From an archaeon (GTDB lineage: Archaea > Iainarchaeota > Iainarchaeia > Iainarchaeales > CSSED10-239), in the NCBI GenBank assembly GCA_035390665.1, contig DAOOUC010000003.1, forward strand, positions 90,001 to 122,000: 32,000 nt of DNA, written 5' to 3'. This document shows positions 1-9,448 of the stretch, one piece after another. Position 1 is the first letter of the stretch, and every line of letters starts with the position of its first letter. A model generated the notes under the pieces. The model was given only the letters and a program-made list of their open reading frames with translations. It made no database searches and was not told the origin of the DNA. A program made the translations under genes and the position numbers.

Positions 1-3000
1 TTTACAATACTATTGTTCCCGTCTGCATTTTTATATAAATAAACACCAGGTAAAACTATTGGTAGATTTGCATCATTAATTATTGTACTACCATATCCAT
101 CTCTATGACTTTCTTTAGCAACTGTATCTATTCCAAGTTTTCCATCTATAGGGATATAATATAATAAATTTCTCATAGAATAAGGCATTTCTCTTACTAA
201 TTCTAAATCAATATGTAATGGAGAATTGTAAACTGTTTCAAAATCATTATTTATCTTTATTCTATATTTTCCTGGTTTGTTTGTAGGAACATTAATAGTA
301 TTTATTTTTTCTGTTTTAGATATTGAAAAATTACCATCTTCAATATTATCTATAGTCATTATTGGATTCTCATCATTAAAATCTGTGAAATTACTCCCAT
401 CTAAAAATTCATTATATGATATTAAATCTTTTAATAAATCTTCTGAAACACCATCATTCATTAAATAAATATAAGTATTATTTTCTTGTAAATTACTCAA
501 ATCATTATTTATTAATTTAAATACACTAAATAGCATCTGTAGAGAATCACAGTGAGTTTTATTAGTATCATAATTTTCTTCTATAGTATCAATACATTCT
601 TCAGTCCAATCAACTTGTGTATCTCCCCAAGTGTACTTTATCTTTGGCTTAATCTCTTCTCCACTTTTACAGGAGTCATATGCTTCTAATTCACATAAAC
701 CTATAATATCAAAGTTATTGCTTGTTATTGACCCACTACTTCCAAAGCCTAAACATATATTTCCATAAAGTCCTTGTTCTTCAAGTAATTCTTGTATTGT
801 TTGCTTAATTATTGTAAGATTAAGAGTTAATGGAACATTAATATCAACATTAGATGAATTCAAATTATTTATATTAAAAGAATATTTAAGCATTTTAGGT
901 TTACTAAAAATAATATATGGAATATTAATTTGACTATTATCTAATCCATCATAATTTCCATTTATATCTAAAGTTATATTCTTATTTGAATTTGAATTAA
1001 TGTTTTGTGGAAGCTGTGTTATTACCGTAAAATTATTATCCAAATCATTAAATTCCACAGAATATAAATTAAAATCATAGGTTTTTGTTTCATTTTTTAA
1101 TATAGTATTAAGAACTTGAGAACAACTATCATAAGAACAACTCATTCCTTGTGCCCATGGCGGAGATAGATTTGGATTTTTCTTAATTGAGTAAATTTCA
1201 GATGGATTATATATCCTTATCTTTATATCAAGTGGCATTATAAAGCCATTATTATTTGCAGTTATTCCAAATAATATTGCTGCGGATTTATAATTTGAAG
1301 TTGCATCTGCATTGCCTTGTAATTGAGATTTTATCTGAAAGTTAGTTGTTTGTCCTGAAGATACATTTACTTGAGTAGGTATAATGTCTATGCTTAATCC
1401 CGAAACGGTGGGATCTATAAAACTTGTAGCTCCGATTGTAATCGGATTTGCTGAATTATTTGTAATTGTATAATTAAAATCAACTATAGGAGACACATTC
1501 TTAATTAATTCAATAAATATTTCGTTATTTTCTATTACTTTTCCTGGTTTTGTTATCCCAATTGTATTTGTATTAAGATTAACATCAAATTCCTTGTTTA
1601 TTTTTATATCTGCATCTAAAGTAAAAATAATTGGTTGATTATCAAATATTCCAATATTTAAGGTATTTATATATGTTCCAACAACAGTTGTTGCATTTTG
1701 AGGAATTAAAACGGTTTTAATTTGTGTTTTAATTAATTTATTACTGTCTGAAATGGTGGTTGGTAAGATATTATTTTCTTGCAAGTAGACATTCATATCT
1801 GTAAATGAGATAAAACCGGATCTTCCTTCTAAAGTTACATTTAACTGAGAATTATATGCACTTGATTTAACCACATAATAATTTTTGTCGTCTGTTGTAT
1901 AATTAGTTACCCCATTAACTGTATATTTGCCTACGTTATAAATTAATGGATGATTAACATCTATAGTTGTGCCTGTTGTATGAACTAACTTATATCCTGA
2001 TTTAATATTTTTATTAATAACAATTTGATTACTTAGCAACCCATAAGATACAGGGAAAGTAAATCTAAATGTAATATTATCACCTAATCTACTTTCGGTT
2101 AAAGAAATATTTCTATCTACCAAATATCCATTTTCATTTGTTTCTCCTAAAACAACTTCAGGAAATAAAGACATTTGATATTTAATTAGAATATCTGGGA
2201 TTGGATTTCCAAACTTATCTCTTACTCTAAAGCTTACGGCATTATCCCCAATATAAATATTATTAGAATTATCTAAATCGTTAGTTAATATTTCAATAAA
2301 AACATTAGAATCATCATAATACGATAATACATTTTCATTTCTTGGATTAATTTCTTGAATATCTAATATGTTTGTACTTATCTTTGCATTTGTGTTAAAG
2401 AAATTATTTACCCCAAACACAGAATTATGATCAAATTCTGTTCCAAATTCTGCGGATAGAGAATTTATTTTATAGGTTGTTGCATTTATTCCTGTTGCTG
2501 ATTGATTTTCATCTTGTGATTTATAGCTATAGGATTTATACAATAATGCATTTAAAGTATTTACTGAATATGCATTTATGTCTTCATTATTTATATTGTG
2601 GGTTGTACTTAAATAAATGAATTTTTGATTAGATAAATAATTATGATTAATCTTTAATTCATAATTTTCTCCGTTCTTTAAAAGTAAACTGCCTTGAGAA
2701 TTGTTCCAATCATAAATATTCTGAATTAAATTATAATTACTGTTTGTAAATGGAATTTGGTAGAAACTTGTTGGTGCATAGAAATATCCTTGCGGTCTTA
2801 TATTACAATTTTGCCAAGAATTATTTAATGTTGGAGAAAATACATAATTTTCATTGTCTGATTTTGTTAATGCTCTATAATAAATCACATAATTATCTAA
2901 TTGTGTTAATTCATTTTGGAATTTAAAATTTACAGAAAATTCAATTTGATCTGCCTCACTATCTGAAAAATTAATCTTTGCCCATTTAAATCCTGTTTGG

Positions 3001-5627
3001 TTTGCACAGTTTGTTTGACTATGATCCGGTTCATAATTTGCAGTAAAATAAGATTCATTCCAATCTACTAAACTCCCATGATAATTACATCCTCTTGTAA
3101 ATGTTGCTCCTGGAGCAAATACAGTTTCAAGTCTTAAATAATCTGAAGATAATGTAATGCTTTTTCCGGCCCTTATAAAAGCATATGCTAAATCTCTATT
3201 GTCTTTTGTAGTTGTTGTAAATTTATATTTTAATTTTAATGTTCTATTTCTATGTTCTGCAATATTAATAGTATTTAATTTATTTATTCCACTTTCATCA
3301 TAAATTCCTAAAAATTCAATATTTGCAACAGCATTATTTTGTTGATTACCTAAAATTACTTTATAATATATCTTCTGTCCAGGAACCAAAGAAATTAAAT
3401 CTGTTTGGTAAGTTGATTTATTTTCTGCACTAATTACTGCATACATTTCATTTTGAGGACATCTAAATATATAATCTTTATTTGTGTCTGATATTGTATT
3501 AATGGAATAATCTGTAATTAACTGATCGGTTGTACTATAAAATGAAATATTATAATCCCTTACATTTACATTTAAATTTAAAATTTTTGCTTGACTTTCT
3601 AAATTTACACTTAATTCTAAGAAATCATTAGCATCTAATTCTTCTGTATTAGATTGCCCTTGATATCCACTAGCTACAGCAAATGCAAAATAATCTCTGT
3701 TTGCTCTAACCATTGGGAAATTAACATCTCCTGAAGAATTTGTTGTTTTAGGAGAATTTATTGGTATTTCTGTATCGTCTTCGTCATATAAATAAACTGA
3801 TGCTCCAGCATAATTATAATTTTCTTTCTTTACTTTTACTCCAATTATTCCTGTGTTAAGAACAGAAGAATATTCTAATGGTATCGATATATTTCTATCA
3901 ACCCCATTTACATCAACTGGTGTTGCAGGAAAATAACCGTAATCTTCTGTGTTTGTAACTGCAATTTTATAATTTCCTGTTAATACAAAGAAGTTTGCAG
4001 AATTTACATCTTCTCTTGTTTCTATTGATTGATATCCATTACTATCTGTGTTTTTCTTATAAATTGTTATATCTCCTTTAACAACTCTAGTTGTGTCTCC
4101 GTTTGCATCAACTAAATTAACATTAATATAACCCAATCTTCCAATTTGACAACAACTTCCGGTTTTTAATAAATTTCCATTTGTGTCTCTTGTATAATAA
4201 TTAGTTAATAAAGAATTATTACAATCTAAACAACCATTTTTACAGAAAGGAGAAAATATTGGATTTCTACAATCTAAATTTTGTAAATCACTTGGAGATA
4301 ATAATAATAAGTTTACTGCGGTTGTATTATTAATTAAAACTTGTTTTCCTTCAGTTCTTTGAGAACTTATATATCCATCTTTACTTGTAGATAATGTATA
4401 TGTTCCAGGAGCTAAATTTTCAAATACAAATCTTCCATAATAATCTGTAGTTCCTGTAACATAAACTAAATTTGATTCATTTATTGGTGTAGTTAAGTCA
4501 TCCATCTTGTAAACAGACACAATTGCTCCAGTAACTTGGCCGCCTTGTAAATTATTAACAAATGCTTCTATTTTCCCTACATTTGCAATAGTTTTTAATG
4601 AAAGCATTATTGTATTGTTTTCAGGAACAACTTGGTTTTGAACTAAATTATAATAATCAGAAGTAACATCTATTCTTAAGAATCCGCAACCAGTTGGTTG
4701 ATTAACTGTTAATTTCCCTTGTACTACATTTGATGTTGAAGGACTTGGTGTTTTCCCTGAATTTGAACAACTTAATTTTACTTGTAATAGTCTTGTAGCC
4801 AATAAGGTTTCATTTTCTTTAAATAATATTTCTCTTGTTTGCTCTTGAGATAAGAATAATTGACCAGTTGTATCTATATCTAAAACAATTGTTTCAATTA
4901 TGTTTTTCTTTGGTTCTATTGTTTTAATTTCTGTATTATAAGATTCTTTAGATGCAATTAGTTTAATGCTATCTTTTTTAGAAAACTTAATATCTTCAAA
5001 AATAGTATTTCCAAATGAATCTGTTGTTTGAGTAGTGTTTTCATCATTTATAGATAATATTACTGTTGCCCCAGACAATAGACTATTTGTTGTATCTGTT
5101 ACAGTAACATCAATTATTGAATTACCTCCAATTCCGGTTAAGACTCCAAAAAAGAAAATAAAGTAAATTATTGAAATTATTAATATTAAGAATAGAATAA
5201 AACTAGGAAATATTTTGTCTATTTGATCTGTTACTTTATTAACAGGTATTACTTTACTTACACTATCTATTATAGAATAATATCCATCTTCAAAAAAGAA
5301 GTATATTTTTTTAAAGAAATTCATTATTGATGTCAATGGATTCTTTATCTGTTTTTTTTCTTTTGGTTTAGATTCTTGAGTTGTTTTTGATTCATCACTT
5401 TTTACTGATTTAGATAATTCTTTAAGTATCTTTTCTTTATCTTCCGTTTTTACTTGTGGTTTATCTCCTTTAAAAGAAACTTTATTTTTATCTAATTCTT
5501 TAATTACTTCTTTTGCTTTATTTTTATCAAATCCATCAGCCACAATTAATCCTTGTAATTCTTCTCTTGTAAAAGCTTTTGCTTTATTTTCTACAGCTTT
5601 ATAGATTTGTTCTATTTCTTTGTTCAT
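1..5627 (-). CDS. Giant signal-anchored surface protein, 3'-partial (>1875 aa; C-terminus beyond the left window edge). Paralog of 9449..15424. Absent from the supplied ORF track.
   Basis: ATG at 5627..5625 lies 2 nt after the TAA of the upstream gene. Hand translation gives MNKEIEQIYKAVENKAKAFTREELQGL..., a K/E-rich ~139-aa N-terminus, then the hydrophobic anchor FPSFILFLILIISIIYFIFFFGVLTGIGG (5124..5210). The rest is collinear with the 1991-aa ORF: RPQGYFYAPTS (from 2775) vs RPEGYFYASTT; CLGFGSSG...CKSGEEIKPKIKYTWG vs CLGVGGLI...CKSGPESIPKVLYNWG; YYIPIDGKLG vs YYIPVDGDFG. Frame was confirmed at positions 3, 747, 2775 and 5625. The track lists no minus-strand ORF here, as expected if no in-frame stop occurs before the edge. 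I did not re-verify every codon. Confidence 0.85.
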   Translation of the reverse strand, partial: MNKEIEQIYKAVENKAKAFTREELQGLIVADGFDKNKAKEVIKELDKNKVSFKGDKPQVKTEDKEKILKELSKSVKSDESKTTQESKPKEKKQIKNPLTSIMNFFKKIYFFFEDGYYSIIDSVSKVIPVNKVTDQIDKIFPSFILFLILIISIIYFIFFFGVLTGIGGNSIIDVTVTDTTNSLLSGATVILSINDENTTQTTDSFGNTIFEDIKFSKKDSIKLIASKESYNTEIKTIEPKKNIIETIVLDIDTTGQLFLSQEQTREILFKENETLLATRLLQVKLSCSNSGKTPSPSTSNVVQGKLTVNQPTGCGFLRIDVTSDYYNLVQNQVVPENNTIMLSLKTIANVGKIEAFVNNLQGGQVTGAIVSVYKMDDLTTPINESNLVYVTGTTDYYGRFVFENLAPGTYTLSTSKDGYISSQRTEGKQVLINNTTAVNLLLLSPSDLQNLDCRNPIFSPFCKNGCLDCNNSLLTNYYTRDTNGNLLKTGSCCQIGRLGYINVNLVDANGDTTRVVKGDITIYKKNTDSNGYQSIETREDVNSANFFVLTGNYKIAVTNTEDYGYFPATPVDVNGVDRNISIPLEYSSVLNTGIIGVKVKKENYNYAGASVYLYDEDDTEIPINSPKTTNSSGDVNFPMVRANRDYFAFAVASGYQGQSNTEELDANDFLELSVNLESQAKILNLNVNVRDYNISFYSTTDQLITDYSINTISDTNKDYIFRCPQNEMYAVISAENKSTYQTDLISLVPGQKIYYKVILGNQQNNAVANIEFLGIYDESGINKLNTINIAEHRNRTLKLKYKFTTTTKDNRDLAYAFIRAGKSITLSSDYLRLETVFAPGATFTRGCNYHGSLVDWNESYFTANYEPDHSQTNCANQTGFKWAKINFSDSEADQIEFSVNFKFQNELTQLDNYVIYYRALTKSDNENYVFSPTLNNSWQNCNIRPQGYFYAPTSFYQIPFTNSNYNLIQNIYDWNNSQGSLLLKNGENYELKINHNYLSNQKFIYLSTTHNINNEDINAYSVNTLNALLYKSYSYKSQDENQSATGINATTYKINSLSAEFGTEFDHNSVFGVNNFFNTNAKISTNILDIQEINPRNENVLSYYDDSNVFIEILTNDLDNSNNIYIGDNAVSFRVRDKFGNPIPDILIKYQMSLFPEVVLGETNENGYLVDRNISLTESRLGDNITFRFTFPVSYGLLSNQIVINKNIKSGYKLVHTTGTTIDVNHPLIYNVGKYTVNGVTNYTTDDKNYYVVKSSAYNSQLNVTLEGRSGFISFTDMNVYLQENNILPTTISDSNKLIKTQIKTVLIPQNATTVVGTYINTLNIGIFDNQPIIFTLDADIKINKEFDVNLNTNTIGITKPGKVIENNEIFIELIKNVSPIVDFNYTITNNSANPITIGATSFIDPTVSGLSIDIIPTQVNVSSGQTTNFQIKSQLQGNADATSNYKSAAILFGITANNNGFIMPLDIKIRIYNPSEIYSIKKNPNLSPPWAQGMSCSYDSCSQVLNTILKNETKTYDFNLYSVEFNDLDNNFTVITQLPQNINSNSNKNITLDINGNYDGLDNSQINIPYIIFSKPKMLKYSFNINNLNSSNVDINVPLTLNLTIIKQTIQELLEEQGLYGNICLGFGSSGSITSNNFDIIGLCELEAYDSCKSGEEIKPKIKYTWGDTQVDWTEECIDTIEENYDTNKTHCDSLQMLFSVFKLINNDLSNLQENNTYIYLMNDGVSEDLLKDLISYNEFLDGSNFTDFNDENPIMTIDNIEDGNFSISKTEKINTINVPTNKPGKYRIKINNDFETVYNSPLHIDLELVREMPYSMRNLLYYIPIDGKLGIDTVAKESHRDGYGSTIINDANLPIVLPGVYLYKNADGNNSIV

Positions 5628-5629
5628 AA

Positions 5630-7771
5630 TTATCTAATATTAAATAATGGAGTAAACTCTATTTGTTTTATTATTTCTGATTGTTTATAAACTATAAGAT
5701 ATCTTTGACCAGGACAGAATAATTTTACATTTGAAATATCTTCTAAATTCAACTGTTCTGGTATATAGATTAATTTATTTTTTGAGATTTTAAATTCTTT
5801 AATATCTTGCCCGAAAGTAAAACTATCACTTACAGATATTATTTCGCCAGGTTTTAAAGAATAAACAATATAATTTTGATCTGTTGGAAATCCTGGAGGC
5901 CTAAATAAATTTCCATCAGGAGTTAAATAATAAATATTTAAATCTGTTATATTTGAACTTATAGTAGAATATATAGTATATTCTTTATCTATTCTTAATG
6001 GATTATCTAATTCAAGACCATCACATACTGGACAATAGACAAGATTGAATAATGCATTAGGAACTTGATTTGTATTATTATCAAAATCACTAGCTATGTC
6101 TCCTAAATTTGTAGCTTCTAAACTTAAATTATCTGTAATATAAGATAATTGAGAATTTCCTAATGATTTTAAATAACAAGATTTTATATTTATGTTAGAA
6201 AAATTAATAGGAACGTGTTTAACTATCTCTAATTTTTTTGGAAGATAACTTCCAGAAGCAAGATATTTAATATTTATATCTCCAATTGTTGGATCTTCCC
6301 CTCCACAAGCTTCTGTTGTACAACTACAATTAACTGCAGTTATAGAATCAATATTGTCTTCATTTAATTCTGTTTTAATATTAATATTCCCACTTTTATT
6401 AAAAAGATAATCTACATTTATTGAACCAATACTTCCTGCAGTTCCAAAATAAGATGGTTCTGTAGGATATGAAGAATTAAACCCCTTTTTTCCACTAACT
6501 GAATAATAATTAAAATCACCATTATTAATAAATTTGGTAATGTTTAAATCAGAGATCAATCCTCCATTCCCTCCATATCCATCTGTTCCTCCTCCATCAT
6601 GTGCATTATCTCCTCCATTACCGCCATTACCCGCAATAATATTCCACATAATAGATCCATTATTTATTAAATCATTATTTCTTAATATTATTTTACCTGT
6701 AGAGCCGCCTATTCCTCCATCTGCATTATCATTACGACAATGATTAGCCCCCGCATCTCCTCCATTACCACCATTACCACTATTTAATGTAATATAAAAA
6801 TTAGAGTTATTTAATTTAATTTTTGATATATCAAATACTACACTTCCACTTATTGCTCCTGAACCCCCCGCTTTAGGATCTCCTGAACATCTTGGGCCGC
6901 CTCCTTCAGATGCACCACTACCGCCATCTCCTCCATTTCCTGAAATCAGTATTAAGTTTAATTCAGAATTATCTATTAATTCTAAATATTTTAAAATAAG
7001 ATTAGAATCCCCCCCAGTCCCTCCATCTCCGCCAGCTTTACGAGGGCTATCCGTTTTTCCTGTAGATCCTTTCGCGCCATTTCCTCCAACCAAATTTATA
7101 TTCATATTACTTGAATTTATTATACTATTAATATCTAATATTGATGGGCCACCAGGGGTTCCGACATATGGACCAGATGTTGTACTATCTGATCTATTAT
7201 TTGGGGTTCTTGAAATTAAACTTAAATTTAAATCTGAATTAAAGCCTACAAATAAATTTTTTAACTTTACTTTAATTCCGTGTGCCCTTCTATAGGCATC
7301 ATTATCTGCCCAAGATCTTTCGGCTTCTAAAAATAACAATTTTGAATTTGTATTATTTGATAAATAAATATCTGTATTTATATCTATTGTCGTTAATTGA
7401 ACTACGTTGTCTAAATTATCTATATTAAAAGTTAAACTACCATTATTTTTTATTAAAATTTTATCTATGCCTGTAATTTTATAATTGCTTTTAGATTCAT
7501 TTAATGTAATTGTATTATTTCCGACAATTTCTAAAATTGTGGTCTTATTATCACAATAAGTAACATTTGGCAATTTAACGAAATTTAAATCAGTATTAGT
7601 TATCTGAGTAGGTATTCTTATAATATATTCCCCTTGTTGCCCTCCACTAACATCTTGAGTAACTCCCGAAATTGTTTGAAAACAATTTGTGGTTGCAAAA
7701 ATAGAATGTAAAGATAATTGCACAAATATAAAAATAAAAACTAAATTTAAATATTTTATCTTCATTATCAT
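5630..7771 (-). CDS. Secreted Gly/Asn/Asp-rich repeat protein (713 aa), putative beta-solenoid. Paralog of 15439..17463.
   Basis: Track ORF with ATG start. N-terminal signal peptide MIMKIKYLNLVFIFIFVQLSLHSIFA|TT. The core (aa ~199-452) has about 4-5 periodic units such as LNLILISGNGGDGGSG..., FYITLNSGNGGNGGDAG... and MWNIIAGNGGNGGDNAHDGGG.... The C-terminal third is collinear with the 674-aa ORF (SGSYLPKK, YCPVCDG, EFKISKNKL, LFCPGQRYL). AAGGT overlaps the upstream stop, 4 nt before the ATG. Confidence 0.9.
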   Translation of the reverse strand: MIMKIKYLNLVFIFIFVQLSLHSIFATTNCFQTISGVTQDVSGGQQGEYIIRIPTQITNTDLNFVKLPNVTYCDNKTTILEIVGNNTITLNESKSNYKITGIDKILIKNNGSLTFNIDNLDNVVQLTTIDINTDIYLSNNTNSKLLFLEAERSWADNDAYRRAHGIKVKLKNLFVGFNSDLNLSLISRTPNNRSDSTTSGPYVGTPGGPSILDINSIINSSNMNINLVGGNGAKGSTGKTDSPRKAGGDGGTGGDSNLILKYLELIDNSELNLILISGNGGDGGSGASEGGGPRCSGDPKAGGSGAISGSVVFDISKIKLNNSNFYITLNSGNGGNGGDAGANHCRNDNADGGIGGSTGKIILRNNDLINNGSIMWNIIAGNGGNGGDNAHDGGGTDGYGGNGGLISDLNITKFINNGDFNYYSVSGKKGFNSSYPTEPSYFGTAGSIGSINVDYLFNKSGNINIKTELNEDNIDSITAVNCSCTTEACGGEDPTIGDINIKYLASGSYLPKKLEIVKHVPINFSNINIKSCYLKSLGNSQLSYITDNLSLEATNLGDIASDFDNNTNQVPNALFNLVYCPVCDGLELDNPLRIDKEYTIYSTISSNITDLNIYYLTPDGNLFRPPGFPTDQNYIVYSLKPGEIISVSDSFTFGQDIKEFKISKNKLIYIPEQLNLEDISNVKLFCPGQRYLIVYKQSEIIKQIEFTPLFNIR
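6416..7177 (-). repeat. Gly/Asn/Asp-rich periodic coding repeat (GNGGxGG turns) in the 713-aa protein. Locally GC-rich.
   Basis: aa ~199-452. The units are [hydrophobic strand]-GNGG[DN]GG-[polar/acidic loop]-GG.GG-[strand], about 45-50 aa each. The antisense frame yields the Pro-rich track ORF 6534..6743. Confidence 0.75.
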
Positions 7772-7776
7772 TTACC

Positions 7777-9276
7777 TTATTTGTATATTTTAAAAGGATA
7801 ATATAAATTTACATCTGAATAATTCAAATCTATATTTTCATTTAATTTAAATTTAAATTGATACATTTTTATTATATCCAATATTTTACTACTATTAGGA
7901 GTTAAATTAAATATGAAAAAACCATTTTGAGTTGTTTGATTATTTATTGAAGAATATCTGTATTCTAAATAATTAATATCAAATAATCCAAAGTTATCTC
8001 CAATATATGTAAATTGAGGATTAATTGTTTGCCCTGAATTTGCTTTTTGAATATTACCAAAAATTATTGGAGTCATGGTTTGATTTTGATCAGTAAGTAA
8101 ATAATCCGAAATTTGTGCGGTTATATTTATGTAATTACAATTTTTTGTAAATTTAATAATATTATTATTTTGTAATCCAATATTACTTGAATTTAAATCA
8201 ATTATACCTGCCTCTGGTCTACTATATATCAAAGAACAAATTGCAGTATAATTTAATCCAGAAGGCACTTCTATTGGCCCACAGGTATTAAGATAGATTC
8301 TACCTAAGTTTGTTGTGCTTAGTGCATTAAATGTTATTGTCTTTGGTAATTTGCCAATATATTCACTAAATTCTATTTCACAAATTGGTTCTTTAAAATC
8401 TATTGGTATGGTATTACTATAATTCATATTTGCATTATTTTGCCCATACACACACAGATAACTATTATTTAAATCACAATTTAGACTATATTTTTGAGCA
8501 CCACAGTTTAGTTTTATTTCTCCACTATTGTTTACATAACCAAAAATAATTCTTTTTGAATATACATTTAACGGAGTTATTGGAAGTGTCTGTGGTAGTG
8601 GGTTATCATCATAAATTCCCATTTGTTCTGATGTATAACATCCAGGAAAATAAATAGCATATTCTTCAGAATAATAGTTTGCAGGCTCAATATAATTATT
8701 TGAATCTAAGTTAAATTTTCCTTGATTATAAATTTTAGCTTCAGAAAAATCTAATGTAGCTATTTTCAAATAAGAATCTGCATAAGATTCCTCTGAATTT
8801 AAATAATCAATACATCTTTTGATTTCTGAATGACTTTTAAAATTAAATTCAGCTCCTGAATTAATAAAAATATTTGTTTTAATTTTTATGTCTACTTCAT
8901 TTTTTAAAAAAATAGTTAATTTCTTATTATTAGATATAATAATAGAATTAAAATCAACTATATAAAATTTAGTCATTACATCCCAAACAGTTACTTGTGG
9001 AATAAAAGATATATTAGTATCTATATTTACATCTTGAGAAATAATTAAATTCGGTCTTAAATTATTTACAGATAAAGAATCTTCAGAGATTATATATTGA
9101 CCTCCGGGTAATACACAATTATTTGTTCCAGAATCATAATTACAATATACTGTGTCTCCTAAAGTATTTTTTATTCCAGAAATTTCATAATTTTGCGCAA
9201 AAATTGTATTTTGAAAAAAAATTACAAAAATTAATAGTAAAGATGCCTTTACTATATTATTGTAATGTTTTTGCAT
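7777..9276 (-). CDS. Secreted hypothetical protein (499 aa). Divergent relative of the two Gly-rich proteins but lacking the Gly-rich core.
   Basis: Track ORF with ATG start, preceded by GGTGA with a 7-nt spacer. Signal peptide MQKHYNNIVKASLLLIFVIFFQNTIFA|QN. It shares with 5630..7771 and 15439..17463 the mature N-terminal ISG[IV] motif (YEISGIK), a GKLPK motif (vs SYLPK) and a C-terminal QFKFKLN...LYYPFKIYK end. Confidence 0.88.
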   Translation of the reverse strand: MQKHYNNIVKASLLLIFVIFFQNTIFAQNYEISGIKNTLGDTVYCNYDSGTNNCVLPGGQYIISEDSLSVNNLRPNLIISQDVNIDTNISFIPQVTVWDVMTKFYIVDFNSIIISNNKKLTIFLKNEVDIKIKTNIFINSGAEFNFKSHSEIKRCIDYLNSEESYADSYLKIATLDFSEAKIYNQGKFNLDSNNYIEPANYYSEEYAIYFPGCYTSEQMGIYDDNPLPQTLPITPLNVYSKRIIFGYVNNSGEIKLNCGAQKYSLNCDLNNSYLCVYGQNNANMNYSNTIPIDFKEPICEIEFSEYIGKLPKTITFNALSTTNLGRIYLNTCGPIEVPSGLNYTAICSLIYSRPEAGIIDLNSSNIGLQNNNIIKFTKNCNYINITAQISDYLLTDQNQTMTPIIFGNIQKANSGQTINPQFTYIGDNFGLFDINYLEYRYSSINNQTTQNGFFIFNLTPNSSKILDIIKMYQFKFKLNENIDLNYSDVNLYYPFKIYK

Positions 9277-9448
9277 TATTTATTCACCAAAATAAAAATA
9301 ATATTATGAATTCAACTACCAGTATAAATATAACTAACTTTTTACTTAATTTCATAATTTTCACGGATTTCTTTAAAAAATACCATATAATATATTAGTA
9401 TAATATATTTAAATATGTTTTTATTATAAAAATAGAAAAATAATACAG
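9277..9448 (-). promoter_or_regulatory. Largest intergenic gap (172 nt): oligo-T runs after the upstream stop, a TATA-like element and a Shine-Dalgarno site for 7777..9276.
   Basis: Minus strand after the TAA at 9449..9451 reads CTGTATTATTTTTCTATTTTTAT, with two T5 runs (9436..9440 and 9428..9432). An AT-only 9-bp hairpin at 9389..9409 is followed by a T6 run (9375..9380). GTTATATTTATAC lies at 9322..9334. GGTGA at 9284..9288 sits 7 nt before the ATG. Confidence 0.35.

Noticed and set aside
277-468. Plus-strand 63-aa ORF, the only track entry in the first 5.6 kb
   Set aside because: It lies antisense within the long open minus-strand frame 1..5627, which has clear paralogy support. It has no start context of its own.
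6534-6743. Plus-strand 69-aa Pro-rich ORF (PPFPPYPSVPPPS...)
   Set aside because: It is the antisense reading of the Gly-rich GGN codon runs of the 713-aa minus-strand gene (GGN read backwards gives NCC, Pro). It lies entirely inside a much stronger ORF.
5630-7771. Assigning the Gly-rich proteins to RTX, PE_PGRS, collagen-like or ice-nucleation families
   Set aside because: The repeat period (~45-50 aa with two Gly turns) and motif (GNGGxGG) do not match the RTX nonapeptide, PGRS runs, G-X-Y triplets or the 16-residue ice-nucleation repeat. They are left as an unassigned solenoid-like family.
9342-9386. Tiny minus-strand ORF MVFFKEIRENYEIK in the 172-nt gap (possible leader peptide)
   Set aside because: It is only 14 codons long, has no RBS and sits in AT-rich DNA where such ORFs arise by chance. 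Nothing in the sequence supports a function.
9123-9398. Plus-strand 91-aa ORF spanning the start of the 499-aa gene and the intergenic gap
   Set aside because: It overlaps the N-terminus of a well-supported minus gene in antisense and runs through its likely promoter/RBS. Its low-complexity AT-driven sequence is most likely a chance ORF.
9389-9409. Perfect 9-bp AT-only inverted repeat (aatatatta-gta-taatatatt)
   Set aside because: AT-only palindromes are expected by chance at this base composition and would be thermodynamically weak. It is noted only as part of the intergenic feature.
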